64,000 nt of DNA from a bacterium (GTDB lineage: Bacteria; Patescibacteriota; Dojkabacteria; SC72): assembly GCA_021108295.1 (NCBI GenBank), contig JAIORF010000005.1, forward strand, positions 72,531 through 136,530. The letters run 5' to 3'. Both the position numbers and the translations under genes were made by a program. The notes beneath the pieces were generated by a model, which had not been told where the DNA came from, searched no databases, and saw nothing but the letters and a program-made list of their open reading frames with translations. Positions 1 through 8,148 of this stretch are shown one piece after another (the stretch's first letter is position 1; every line of letters starts with the position of its first letter).

Positions 1-544
1 AGACTGCTTCTGCCAACCGATTATGTGAACCTACTACAAAATTCTCAAAGGTATATTTAGGATTAATCTGAGCTTTAAGTATAGACTTTTCTCTTAACTC
101 TCTTTCATTTTCTAAATCAGAGAACAGGGTTTTAGAGCCTTTCTTTTCTTCAGTGACTATCTTTTTACTATCGAAATATTCATAATTCTTTTTTGTAAGA
201 TGGTGAGTATTACCCACTCTAGTCTTCACATTGATAGAGAGATCACATCCTGTGGATTGGTGTAAACAATCTTTGAGTGTTTGAAGGTATTCGTTAGTAA
301 TTGTTACTTTTTGAATATCGTTTGCACAAGAGAGTTCTACTATGCCGTTGGAAATGGCTGTAATATAGGTGTTGGAGAACCAAGCGTTGAAATTGTGATC
401 GCTTATCTTAATCCTTAACAACTCTTTTACAGCTAACCACGTTTTGTCGGCATCTAATTTTCCCTGTTTTTTAAACTTTCTCATCTGATCAACAGGAATC
501 TTTGGGACTGTCTTTATGTATTTTTCGAAATCAGCTTTCTCCAT
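1..544 (-). CDS. dnaA: Chromosomal replication initiator DnaA, N-terminal part; the 3' end lies outside the window
   Basis: My reverse-complement translation starts at the ATG at 544..542: MEKADFEKYIKTVPKIPVDQMRKF...TWLAVKELLRIKISDHNFNAWFSNTYI...KYTFENFVVGSHNRLAEAV. The W..L...I....F..W domain I and the (K/H)TF(D/E)NFV motif ahead of the AAA+ domain are typical of DnaA. It is absent from the ORF track because there is no stop inside the window. Confidence 0.7.
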   Translation of the reverse strand, partial: MEKADFEKYIKTVPKIPVDQMRKFKKQGKLDADKTWLAVKELLRIKISDHNFNAWFSNTYITAISNGIVELSCANDIQKVTITNEYLQTLKDCLHQSTGCDLSINVKTRVGNTHHLTKKNYEYFDSKKIVTEEKKGSKTLFSDLENERELREKSILKAQINPKYTFENFVVGSHNRLAEAV

Positions 545-802
545 AAACAAAAGTTGTTTAACTAAAAATGAGGCAGTTTGGGCAGTCGATAGTCGATTGG
601 GACTACTTCTTTATTATATACATATTTTCTGACTTGTGGATAGTTTTATAGAATATTATTAAATATCCTTATTTAAAAGCACAAAACGAGGTAATGTTTT
701 TGTAAGATTTTTAAAACACCATATTTAAGTAGGAAAAATCCCCATTTGCCATATTTAATATATTCGGATATAATTGGACCGTTAAAATACATTGTTAAAG
801 TT
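545..802. promoter_or_regulatory. AT-rich dnaA/rpmH divergent intergenic region, a candidate oriC-associated region
   Basis: A DnaA-box-like 9-mer TGTGGATAG sits at 635..643. It matches the reverse complement of TTATCCACA at 8/9 positions. A direct repeat AGTCGAT x2 lies at ~585..598. The gene order is the classic dnaA <-> rpmH-rnpA-yidD-yidC-jag. Confidence 0.4.
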
Positions 803-985
803 ATGAAAAGAACATATCAACCAAAGAAAATTAAGAGAATTAGAAAGTTTGGATTTAGAGCTAGGAGAAAGACTGTAGGAGGAAGAAGAGTTTTGAAGAA
901 CAGGAGACGTAAGGGAAGAACACAGCTTTCTGCAAGTGAAGAGTTTAGGCTTTTAAGAAAACTTCCTAAAAAGACGCAGAGATAG
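803..985 (+). CDS. rpmH: 50S ribosomal protein L34
   Basis: The internal Met of ORF 746..985 gives [39 protein letters not shown], the canonical L34 sequence. It is followed by rnpA. Confidence 0.8.
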   Translation: MKRTYQPKKIKRIRKFGFRARRKTVGGRRVLKNRRRKGRTQLSASEEFRLLRKLPKKTQR

Positions 986-998
986 TATATAATAGGGA

Positions 999-1352
999 AT
1001 GCTACAAAAAAGATATAGATTGCCTGCAAGGCTTTTCAAACAGATTTATGATAAGGGTAAGAAATTTCGCAGTGATTGTGGGATGTTGGTTGCACTACCC
1101 TATTCGGGAGATATTACCCCTAAGTTTGGGTTTGTGGTGAGTAAAAAGGTTGGTAATGCTCCCAAAAGGCATAGGATGACTAGAGTTCTTAGAGCTATTG
1201 TTCATGAGTCAATTAAGGAACTTGAGTTAAATGATAATGGGTATGTGTATGAATTTGTTGCCTTTAAATTTTGTGATGACTACTCTACTCTTAAAGAGGA
1301 GTTTCAATCTTTACTTAAACAGTCGATGAATGATGAGGGAAATACTTCTTAA
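999..1352 (+). CDS. rnpA: Ribonuclease P protein component
   Basis: 117 aa with a basic core FGFVVSKKVGNAPKRHRMTRVLR. Its position between rpmH and yidD fits. Confidence 0.8.
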   Translation: MLQKRYRLPARLFKQIYDKGKKFRSDCGMLVALPYSGDITPKFGFVVSKKVGNAPKRHRMTRVLRAIVHESIKELELNDNGYVYEFVAFKFCDDYSTLKEEFQSLLKQSMNDEGNTS

Positions 1353-1572
1353 AATAATTAGAGTTTACCAAAAGACACTTTCTCTTGATCATGGGATGTT
1401 GGGAAAAATATTTCCTAACAGAAGGCATTGTAAGTTTACTCCTACCTGTTCACAATATTGTTATCATGCTGTTGAAAAGTATGGGATATTTAAAGGAGGA
1501 GCACTTGGTCTTAGGAGGGTAGTTAGGTGTAATCCTTGGGCAGAGACAGGTCAGTACGATCCTGTTTTATAA
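1330..1572 (+). CDS. yidD: Membrane protein insertion efficiency factor YidD
   Basis: 80 aa with the motif CKFTPTCSQYCYHAVEKYG...RRVVRCNPW...GQYDPV. It overlaps the rnpA 3' end. Confidence 0.8.
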   Translation: MMREILLKIIRVYQKTLSLDHGMLGKIFPNRRHCKFTPTCSQYCYHAVEKYGIFKGGALGLRRVVRCNPWAETGQYDPVL

Positions 1573-1632
1573 TCTTTAGCCAAGAAGTTTAATTTAAGGT
1601 ATAATCCAAGAGTTTATTTTGAAAGCAATCCT

Positions 1633-2493
1633 ATGTTAGCAACTATATGGAATACAATTTTGACCTATCCTGTTCTCAACCTTATGGCAGTTCTTTACCA
1701 TTTGTTGTGGGATAATCTAGGTTTAGCAATCATCGTTATCGCCTCTATTTCTCGTCTAGCACTAATCCCTCTTACAAAGAATCAGACAGAAATGACTAGG
1801 AAGATGGCTTCGCTTAAGCCAGAGCTGGATAAGCTACAGAAGAAGTATGCTAATAACTCGAAGAAATTAAGCGAAGAGCAGATGAAGTTGTATAAGAAGG
1901 AGGGATACAATCCTTTGGGTTGTGTTGGGAGTTTAGTTCCTCAACTAATTATTCTTTCCGTATTAATAGGTGTGATAAGAGCTGTGACTAGTGGCGAGGT
2001 AGAGGGTTTGTATGATTTTGTTCTTACTTGGGTAAGCAATGGTAGTGGAGAATTTGGTATCAATCCTGCCTTCTTAGGTTTGGATCTAACTCTAAGTTAC
2101 AACGAATTGTCTGCTGAATTTGGGAGGTTTGCACCTAACGTATTGCCTTACTTGGGCCTTGCATTGGTTGTCGGTTTAGTGCAGTTTGTTGCTACTAAAT
2201 TCACAACTATGATACAGAATCCAGACAAGGTTCAGAAGAAGAAAGGGAGCTTAGTAAAGGGTGGAGAGCCAAATGTTGCTGGTATGCAGGAGAGTATGCA
2301 GAGTTCTATGTTATTGATGTTTCCAATTATGACGATATTTATCACAGTTAGTGCACCTGCAGCTTTAGGATTGTATTGGATAGTCCAGTCGTTTATGTTA
2401 ATAGTTCAATATTTTATCATCGATTTTGACAAAAGCAAGAAGGGGGTACAGAATGTGTTTACTATGTTTAGGGAGAAGTTGAGTAAGAAATAA
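1633..2493 (+). CDS. yidC: YidC/Oxa1-family membrane protein insertase, short form
   Basis: 286 aa polytopic protein with a ...YNPLGCVGSLVPQLIILSVL... core. The rpmH-rnpA-yidD-yidC-jag synteny supports the call. Confidence 0.8.
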   Translation: MLATIWNTILTYPVLNLMAVLYHLLWDNLGLAIIVIASISRLALIPLTKNQTEMTRKMASLKPELDKLQKKYANNSKKLSEEQMKLYKKEGYNPLGCVGSLVPQLIILSVLIGVIRAVTSGEVEGLYDFVLTWVSNGSGEFGINPAFLGLDLTLSYNELSAEFGRFAPNVLPYLGLALVVGLVQFVATKFTTMIQNPDKVQKKKGSLVKGGEPNVAGMQESMQSSMLLMFPIMTIFITVSAPAALGLYWIVQSFMLIVQYFIIDFDKSKKGVQNVFTMFREKLSKK

Positions 2494-2513
2494 AATTTTA
2501 TTAATATATATTT

Positions 2514-3044
2514 ATGAATAGTAAAGAGTTAACAAAGATTGTGGATAAAGAGATAGGGAAGTTTATCGATCTTTCAGGTGTGAATGCAACCTATGACTGT
2601 GATATTGAAGAGGTAGATGGCGTTACCAATATTAATGTTGCTTTTGAGGGGGATAATTTAGGGTATATGATAGGGAGTCATGGTAGGCATTTGGACTCTT
2701 TGCAATATATCTTACAGTTGTTAATAAGGAGAGTGATAAACGATGATGAGTTTTCTTTTAGGCTTACATTGGATGTTGCAGAGTATAGAAAGGAGAGGAA
2801 TGAGACAATAGAAAAGATGGCTCTTGCAAAGGCAGATGATGCTAGGGTGTTGGGAGATTCTATAGATCTTGTTCCTATGAAGCCTTACGACAGAAGGGTT
2901 GTACATATGGTGTTGGAGAAGTTTGAGGATATTAAAACAGAGAGTCATGGAGAGGGAAGAGATAGGTATGTAAGGATAGTTCCTTCAGCAGAGATTGATA
3001 TGGACATTATGGACAAAGCGAATTCAGAGGATAGCGAAGAGTAA
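2514..3044 (+). CDS. jag: Jag/KhpB-like RNA-binding protein (KH + R3H domains)
   Basis: The C-terminal R3H-like segment reads VPMKPYDRRVVHMVLEKFEDIKTESHGEGRDRYVRI. It sits directly after yidC. Confidence 0.7.
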   Translation: MNSKELTKIVDKEIGKFIDLSGVNATYDCDIEEVDGVTNINVAFEGDNLGYMIGSHGRHLDSLQYILQLLIRRVINDDEFSFRLTLDVAEYRKERNETIEKMALAKADDARVLGDSIDLVPMKPYDRRVVHMVLEKFEDIKTESHGEGRDRYVRIVPSAEIDMDIMDKANSEDSEE

Positions 3045-3066
3045 GAGAGTTCTGTTACAATAGGGT

Positions 3067-4443
3067 ATGAAATTTGTAGAGATATTCAAAAGGCATTGGT
3101 ATTTAGCTATAACGGTTGTACTCATTGCTTCTATATTGCCTCTTCACTCTGAGAATTTATACAAGGTTTTAGTAATTGGTATTGTCATAATCCTGTGGTG
3201 TTTGTTAGGTGTTTTATTAAAGAAGTTTTCATTAGCTTCCCTATTAATTATCCTTTTAATACTTCCTTTTAACATTACCTACCAACTTCCCTACTCTATA
3301 TATGGTATTACTTTATCAGAGCCTTTTGTGAATGGAGTGATTGTTAACTATCTTATTCCTACAATCACTATCCTAGATATTGGAGTTTTTCTTCTTTTGC
3401 TATCATTATTCTTTGAGAAGAGAGTTAGTTTAGAGTGGAAGGGGTTTTCTTTTCTAAAAATCTTTATACTTTTCATATTATATCTTTTAGTTCAAAACTT
3501 CGTAGTTGGAGAATTGGTTAGTGTTTTGAATTCCTTAAGGCTTCTTTTGTACGTTTTTACTTTCTACCAATTATCCTTAAATATTAAGAAATTACTAAAT
3601 CAAAAAGTTTTAAGGTATGTTTTAGGGATTTCAATATTCTTAGTAGTAATTCAAGGGGTTGTTGCTTTAATCCAGTTTACTGGAGGAACTTCGCTGGGAA
3701 TAGCTTTCTTAGGAGAGTCTCAGGTAGTTAGTGGTATGATGGGTTCCAGTTTTCTTACTTTGAATGGTCAGTTATATTTAAGGGGTTATGGAACATTTCC
3801 TCATCCTAATGTTTTTAGTGGTTGGTTGGTGTTTAATATGTTTTTGGGTTGGTATCTGTTTGAGAGAATGAAGAGTAGGAGGGATTTTCCTGTTGTTCTG
3901 ATGAGTCTTTCTTCATTAGTTTTGGTTCTTACTTTCTCAAGGGTTGGTCTTTTGGTTTGTGGTATTGTTTGGGTTGTTTTTGTTATTAATCTTTTGTTTA
4001 AGATTAATTTTAGGGGTAAGACTTTCTCTTTTGTTGGTTTAATGTCAGAGAGGGTTCTTAATTTGGTTGGTGGTGGGGATAGTAGTTGGAGTGAGAGGGT
4101 TGAGTTGATGAGGTGCTCTTTCCTAGTTATTAAGAACAATTTGTTGTGTGGTGTTGGTTTGGGTAGGTTTGTGTCTAGTATGGGAGAGGGTACTCCTCGG
4201 AGTGGTAATGGTATATTGTTGTTACAGCCTGTTCATAATGTTTTTCTTTTGAGTATTTGTGAGTTAGGGGTAGTAGGTAGTGGTTTGTGGGGAACTTTGT
4301 TGTATTTCTTTTTAAAGAAGAGGAGATTCACAGTAAGGTTTATTACTGTTTTAGCATGTTTATTTATTATTGGTATGTTTGATCACTACTTGTTTAGTTT
4401 AGGACAGGGGTTGGTGATATTTTTAATGTTGTTGAGCATTTAG
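3067..4443 (+). CDS. O-antigen ligase / Wzy_C-like polytopic membrane protein
   Basis: 458 aa with more than 10 TM segments. A periplasmic-loop motif LQPVHNVFLLSICELGVVGSG fits the H-N-x-(F/Y)-L...E-x-G-x-x-G signature of WaaL/O-antigen ligase family proteins. Confidence 0.55.
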   Translation: MKFVEIFKRHWYLAITVVLIASILPLHSENLYKVLVIGIVIILWCLLGVLLKKFSLASLLIILLILPFNITYQLPYSIYGITLSEPFVNGVIVNYLIPTITILDIGVFLLLLSLFFEKRVSLEWKGFSFLKIFILFILYLLVQNFVVGELVSVLNSLRLLLYVFTFYQLSLNIKKLLNQKVLRYVLGISIFLVVIQGVVALIQFTGGTSLGIAFLGESQVVSGMMGSSFLTLNGQLYLRGYGTFPHPNVFSGWLVFNMFLGWYLFERMKSRRDFPVVLMSLSSLVLVLTFSRVGLLVCGIVWVVFVINLLFKINFRGKTFSFVGLMSERVLNLVGGGDSSWSERVELMRCSFLVIKNNLLCGVGLGRFVSSMGEGTPRSGNGILLLQPVHNVFLLSICELGVVGSGLWGTLLYFFLKKRRFTVRFITVLACLFIIGMFDHYLFSLGQGLVIFLMLLSI

Positions 4444-4460
4444 GATTAGGGAGGTAATTC

Positions 4461-4504
4461 AGGAGGTGTCTATGTTTGTGTTTATAAACACCTCCTTTTT
4501 CTTT
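4461..4504. terminator. Rho-independent terminator-like hairpin between convergent genes
   Basis: AGGAGGTGT (4461..4469) pairs with ACACCTCCT (4488..4496) in a 9-bp perfect stem with an 18-nt loop. A TTTTTCTTT tract follows. Confidence 0.5.
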
Positions 4505-4506
4505 GC

Positions 4507-4785
4507 TTAATTCAAATTAAACAGAATCTGTATGGAGAAATCCTCTAGGAGAACTTCTACCCCTGTTATGGAGTCATAGCTTTTTAAGAGCTCTACAAAT
4601 TCGTCAATGACATGGGGTAAATCCGGGTGCTCGAAGACCGCGCAGGCCAAATCTGTATCATCCGAAAGGATGATCGCCCCTAACGTTCCGCTGCAATGCG
4701 AAAAGTCCTCCTTTGCGAGCAACTTGGATAAACCCTTTACGCTATCAGCTTCTATTACAATATCTCCCATCTTGAACTTGTACAT
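4507..4785 (-). CDS. Hypothetical 92-aa protein with a locally CG-enriched coding sequence
   Basis: Intact ORF MYKFKMGDIVIEADSVKGL... with no motif I recognise. It contains CG-dinucleotide-rich stretches (gaccgcgcaggcc, gatcgcccctaacgttccgctgcaatgcg) that are atypical for this AT-rich genome. Confidence 0.4.
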   Translation of the reverse strand: MYKFKMGDIVIEADSVKGLSKLLAKEDFSHCSGTLGAIILSDDTDLACAVFEHPDLPHVIDEFVELLKSYDSITGVEVLLEDFSIQILFNLN

Positions 4786-4922
4786 TGTACACTCCTTTTC
4801 TGTCTAGTTTTGAAAAAGCCAATAATAGATTATATCAGCGAGGTAACTCAAAAGCAACACTATAGGGTGCTGAAGCATACGGAGGTTTACTTAAAGAGAC
4901 ATTAATCTTTCCTAGATTTCTC

Positions 4923-5189
4923 CTACTTCTTCCATCTTTCTAACTTAGGAATTCCTCGTGTTAATAGCCATGCCATAATTCCATTCATTCCATCCTTTTT
5001 AATCTCTTCAACACAATATTTCTGGAATTTCTTAGCAGTATCTATATGCGCAGGAGTTAAAAACTTTCCATTTGCATAACACATGGAGCAGTACATCTTA
5101 TTTATTGTTCCATCTGTGTTTGTTCCACCACCCTTCTTATCCTTTTCCATAGGATAGCCACAGCTTTGACAAAATTTATTTTCTTTCAT
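4923..5189 (-). CDS. Zinc-ribbon domain protein
   Basis: MKENKFCQSCGYPM...GGTNTDGTINKMYCSMCYANGKF shows a CxxC...CxxC ribbon followed by a short helical tail. The start is taken at the internal Met; the ORF extends to 5207. Confidence 0.5.
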   Translation of the reverse strand: MKENKFCQSCGYPMEKDKKGGGTNTDGTINKMYCSMCYANGKFLTPAHIDTAKKFQKYCVEEIKKDGMNGIMAWLLTRGIPKLERWKK

Positions 5190-5264
5190 ATTAATAATTA
5201 CTAACAAATTAATATTTAAAGTATATATGCGTTTAGGGAAAGGGGCAAGGAGTGGGAAGAATCC

Positions 5265-6029
5265 CTATTTTATTAACTCTTTAATAAACTTCTCAAACTT
5301 TTTCTCAGACATTAATTCGTGTGTTTTAAACTCTCCATTATAATAAATCCCTAGTGTGCCGAATGGACTGCCTAATTCTTGGGCTTCTTTGTAATTCTTT
5401 AGATGAATAACTTTGCAAGGGATCTTTTTGTTTTTGCAAATATTGGATAATAGGCCAACATACTTTTCCATAAAGGGGCATTGGTTTGAATAAATAAAGG
5501 TAAAGCCTTTTTTGCTTTTACATACCCCTTCTTTAACATTTTTAGTAAAAGAAGGACTCTTAGCAGTTTTATTAAACTTCAAGACTAGAAGTTCAAAGTA
5601 TGGAGGAGTAGAATCTACGACCTCGAAGTCGTTGTGTTCATAAAACTTTTTATCAGTTAAGAAGGGCATGACCTTAGTGCTTGTGATGACTGCAATACCG
5701 TCTTTCTTCTGCTTCTTGCTGTCTTTAATACACTCACTTAGTAGTTTTGTAGCAATTCCTTTACCTTTAAATCTTCCAGAAACCCATAGGCAATTAATAA
5801 CCATGTAGTTTTTTCCAGTTATTGGCTTCCAGACCTTTTCGATTGGCATATATTCTATGAATATTTTTCCTCTTTCATCTAATCTTTTGAAGACTAGTCC
5901 ATCATTGAACATTTCTTTCATCCAGTCTTTCTTTGTTTGAGCTCTTTCTTTGTTTTCTTTATCGTTTCCGATAGCGCAACAAATATGCTCTTGTTCAATG
6001 TTTTCTTTGTCTATGGTTATTATTTTCAT
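5265..6029 (-). CDS. GNAT-family N-acetyltransferase with a C-terminal YoaP-like domain
   Basis: The N-terminal acetyl-CoA-binding fold reads ...VSGRFKGKGIATKLLSECI.... The C-terminal region carries CP...C pairs as in B. subtilis YoaP-type proteins. Confidence 0.55.
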   Translation of the reverse strand: MKIITIDKENIEQEHICCAIGNDKENKERAQTKKDWMKEMFNDGLVFKRLDERGKIFIEYMPIEKVWKPITGKNYMVINCLWVSGRFKGKGIATKLLSECIKDSKKQKKDGIAVITSTKVMPFLTDKKFYEHNDFEVVDSTPPYFELLVLKFNKTAKSPSFTKNVKEGVCKSKKGFTFIYSNQCPFMEKYVGLLSNICKNKKIPCKVIHLKNYKEAQELGSPFGTLGIYYNGEFKTHELMSEKKFEKFIKELIK

Positions 6030-6054
6030 ACTTGTGGGAAAAAGAAATTATCTA

Positions 6055-6146
6055 TGGCGGAGAGGACAGGATTCGAACCTGCGGTACAGTTTGACCCGTA
6101 CGAACGCTTTCCAAGCGTTTCCTTTCGACCACTCAGGCACCTCTCC
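6055..6146 (-). tRNA. tRNA-Ser (anticodon GGA), class II with a long variable arm; CCA encoded
   Basis: The reverse complement folds as a cloverleaf: acceptor GGAGAGG/CCTCTCC, a 3-bp D stem, the anticodon loop TTGGAAA, a variable-arm hairpin GTAC...GTAC, T-loop GGTTCGAATCC, discriminator G and CCA. Confidence 0.85.
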
Positions 6147-6147
6147 T

Positions 6148-6224
6148 TGGCGTACCTGGCCGGAATCGAACCGACAACCTACTGCTTAGAAGGCAATTGC
6201 TCTATCCAATTGAGCTACAGGTAC
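6148..6224 (-). tRNA. tRNA-Arg (anticodon TCT); CCA encoded
   Basis: Reverse complement GTACCTGTAGCTCAATTGGATAGAGCAATTGCCTTCTAAGCAGTAGGTTGTCGGTTCGATTCCGGCCAGGTACGCCA. The acceptor, D arm, anticodon arm (loop CTTCTAA) and T arm all pair. Confidence 0.85.
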
Positions 6225-6266
6225 ATTACAGGCTTATTTTATCAGAAAAGGAGCAATTCTTAAATA

Positions 6267-8147
6267 CTAATCACTGTTTTCTACCATATCCTGTTTTATT
6301 TCTACATTTACCCTTCCCTGTCTAGAGGGGAAGTGGCGTAGTTTCTGAGGAAAACTCTCCGGTGTAAATACTACAAGAGGGTCTCTTGAAGTGAAGGAAA
6401 GATTTTTTACATACTCATTGCCCTCTTTCCAACTTAAACCCATTAAATCTTCTATTATCCCTTCCCTATCTATCTTCGGTTCTACTGAACTTGAAGCTAC
6501 TAACTTAATCATTACCTTCTTATCACTTTCTTCTACGGTTAATTCTTTTTCAATATCTCCTGTGAGTGTAAGGTTTAGACCCTCTTCACTATCGAAAAGG
6601 TTTTGGTTTAGTGCTGCTTCTGTAAGGAGTTTATGAAGGCCTTCATCTACTCCATGGGTGTAGTAATATGTTGCGGAAGAAACTACCTCTAGAGAAATAT
6701 CAGACGAATTTGTTTCTGTTCCTATTGCTACAGTAGTCTCTATACTCCCTTCCTTTACTTCACTTTCTATTGTCTTCTCTATTATCTCCCATCCATTCCC
6801 CATTTCATCAAGAGAGCTAAGAGATTCATCAGTAGCTATTTCTGTTAGTTCTTCTACTTTGTCATTTACATCACTCTGAGCAAGTACAGTGTAGGTCTCT
6901 TTAGAACCTCCAGTAAAGGCTTCTGAATTTACAGCATAGACTTTGGTGGAGTCATAGCCATCGATACTAAAATATTTACCAGAAGGGATATTGTATTCCT
7001 CTCCTACCTCTATAGCTTCTACACCAACTACGCCGTAATCGTTGCAGGTGACAGTCAAATCTCCTGTAAGTAGGTATTTTTTATCACCAGTCTCTATTTG
7101 ATGTCCTATGTATACACTTACAGCTTCGTCTGCATCAGTACAACCGTCGGGATTAATGTATGAGAGGGTGACACTACCTTTTGATTTCTCTCCTTTATAT
7201 GCCACGCCGGTAGCATCAACAGTGTCTGAAACACTTCTTTCAACACTTTCTGTTTTGATAGGGATTTCAAGTGCTTCAAAATCTATTTCATTGATATTCT
7301 CATTACCAGTAAAAACTTCTTCTATCTCTATCGGTTTTGATTGAATATGGAGAGTAACCTTTACGTATGGTGCAAATGAGTAGTAAAGAAAAGAGACAAG
7401 TAGGAGTACAAAGAAAAGAGGGATTACAATTTTAGGAAGAAGTCTAATGGTTTTATTCTTAAGATCACTAGGTTTAAGGTCTTTTTGTATAGAGGGTTTA
7501 TCTCTTTTAGTTTGTTTCTTCTTTCTCTTCAGCAGTTTTTTTAAGGAGAATTTCTTTTTTGGAATCTTCTTGGTAGGATCTGCAATGTTTTTGAAGTCTA
7601 CCTTTGTTAAATCATCTTGAGTTGGAGGAACATTAGCCCGGACTTTTGTGTTTATATCCTTATCTACTACTATTTCTATATCGTTTGAGCGATGTGAGCT
7701 AGCAGGTTTCTTTTCAGTTCGCTCTATCTTGTTTTTACTTAGCACAGAATTAACCCTTTCTTCAAAAGAGGTTATATTTTTTGATTTATACTCTTCAGGC
7801 AATTTATTTAACCTTTTGTTGCTAATGTCTAACCGTGTATTGAAACTAGTAGTAGTTTCTGTCCATAGCTCTTCTGTAGGGTTGGTAGGAGTATCTATTA
7901 CAGTAATTCCTGCAAGTTTTGCGTTTCTTACACCTGTGGGATGTTTGAGTATTTGTAAAATGAGTAGAGACTCTTTTTCATCTGCACTATCAAGAAGAAC
8001 TTTTAAGTTAATGGAACTAATTAGGATATCTGAGTCTTCTGCAAAGGTTAGGAGGACTCTCTTCGTGTCTGTATTTGATATTTCCCTGACAATATCTATT
8101 AGTTCATCTTCTGTTTTGACTACAATCTTTTTAAGTTTCTCTTTCAT
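6267..8147 (-). CDS. Hypothetical bitopic membrane protein: ~100-aa cytoplasmic N-domain, Lys-rich linker, one TM, ~370-aa acidic extracytoplasmic domain
   Basis: 626 aa. The TM segment is LLPKIVIPLFFVLLLVSFLYYSFAPYV, preceded by KKIPKKKFSLKKLLKRKKKQTKR. I recognise no catalytic motif. It lies immediately downstream of the ftsA-like gene and is probably co-transcribed with it. Confidence 0.45.
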   Translation of the reverse strand: MKEKLKKIVVKTEDELIDIVREISNTDTKRVLLTFAEDSDILISSINLKVLLDSADEKESLLILQILKHPTGVRNAKLAGITVIDTPTNPTEELWTETTTSFNTRLDISNKRLNKLPEEYKSKNITSFEERVNSVLSKNKIERTEKKPASSHRSNDIEIVVDKDINTKVRANVPPTQDDLTKVDFKNIADPTKKIPKKKFSLKKLLKRKKKQTKRDKPSIQKDLKPSDLKNKTIRLLPKIVIPLFFVLLLVSFLYYSFAPYVKVTLHIQSKPIEIEEVFTGNENINEIDFEALEIPIKTESVERSVSDTVDATGVAYKGEKSKGSVTLSYINPDGCTDADEAVSVYIGHQIETGDKKYLLTGDLTVTCNDYGVVGVEAIEVGEEYNIPSGKYFSIDGYDSTKVYAVNSEAFTGGSKETYTVLAQSDVNDKVEELTEIATDESLSSLDEMGNGWEIIEKTIESEVKEGSIETTVAIGTETNSSDISLEVVSSATYYYTHGVDEGLHKLLTEAALNQNLFDSEEGLNLTLTGDIEKELTVEESDKKVMIKLVASSSVEPKIDREGIIEDLMGLSWKEGNEYVKNLSFTSRDPLVVFTPESFPQKLRHFPSRQGRVNVEIKQDMVENSD

Positions 8148-8148
8148 A

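Noticed and set aside
4450-6060. A bona fide integrated genomic island at the tRNA-Ser 3' end
   Set aside because: No integrase and no direct repeat of the tRNA 3' end were found. It is downgraded to a compositional or accessory observation.
5937-6263. Plus-strand ORFs 5937..6263 and 5950..6189
   Set aside because: They run straight through the two well-folded minus-strand tRNA genes (6055..6146, 6148..6224). They are spurious.
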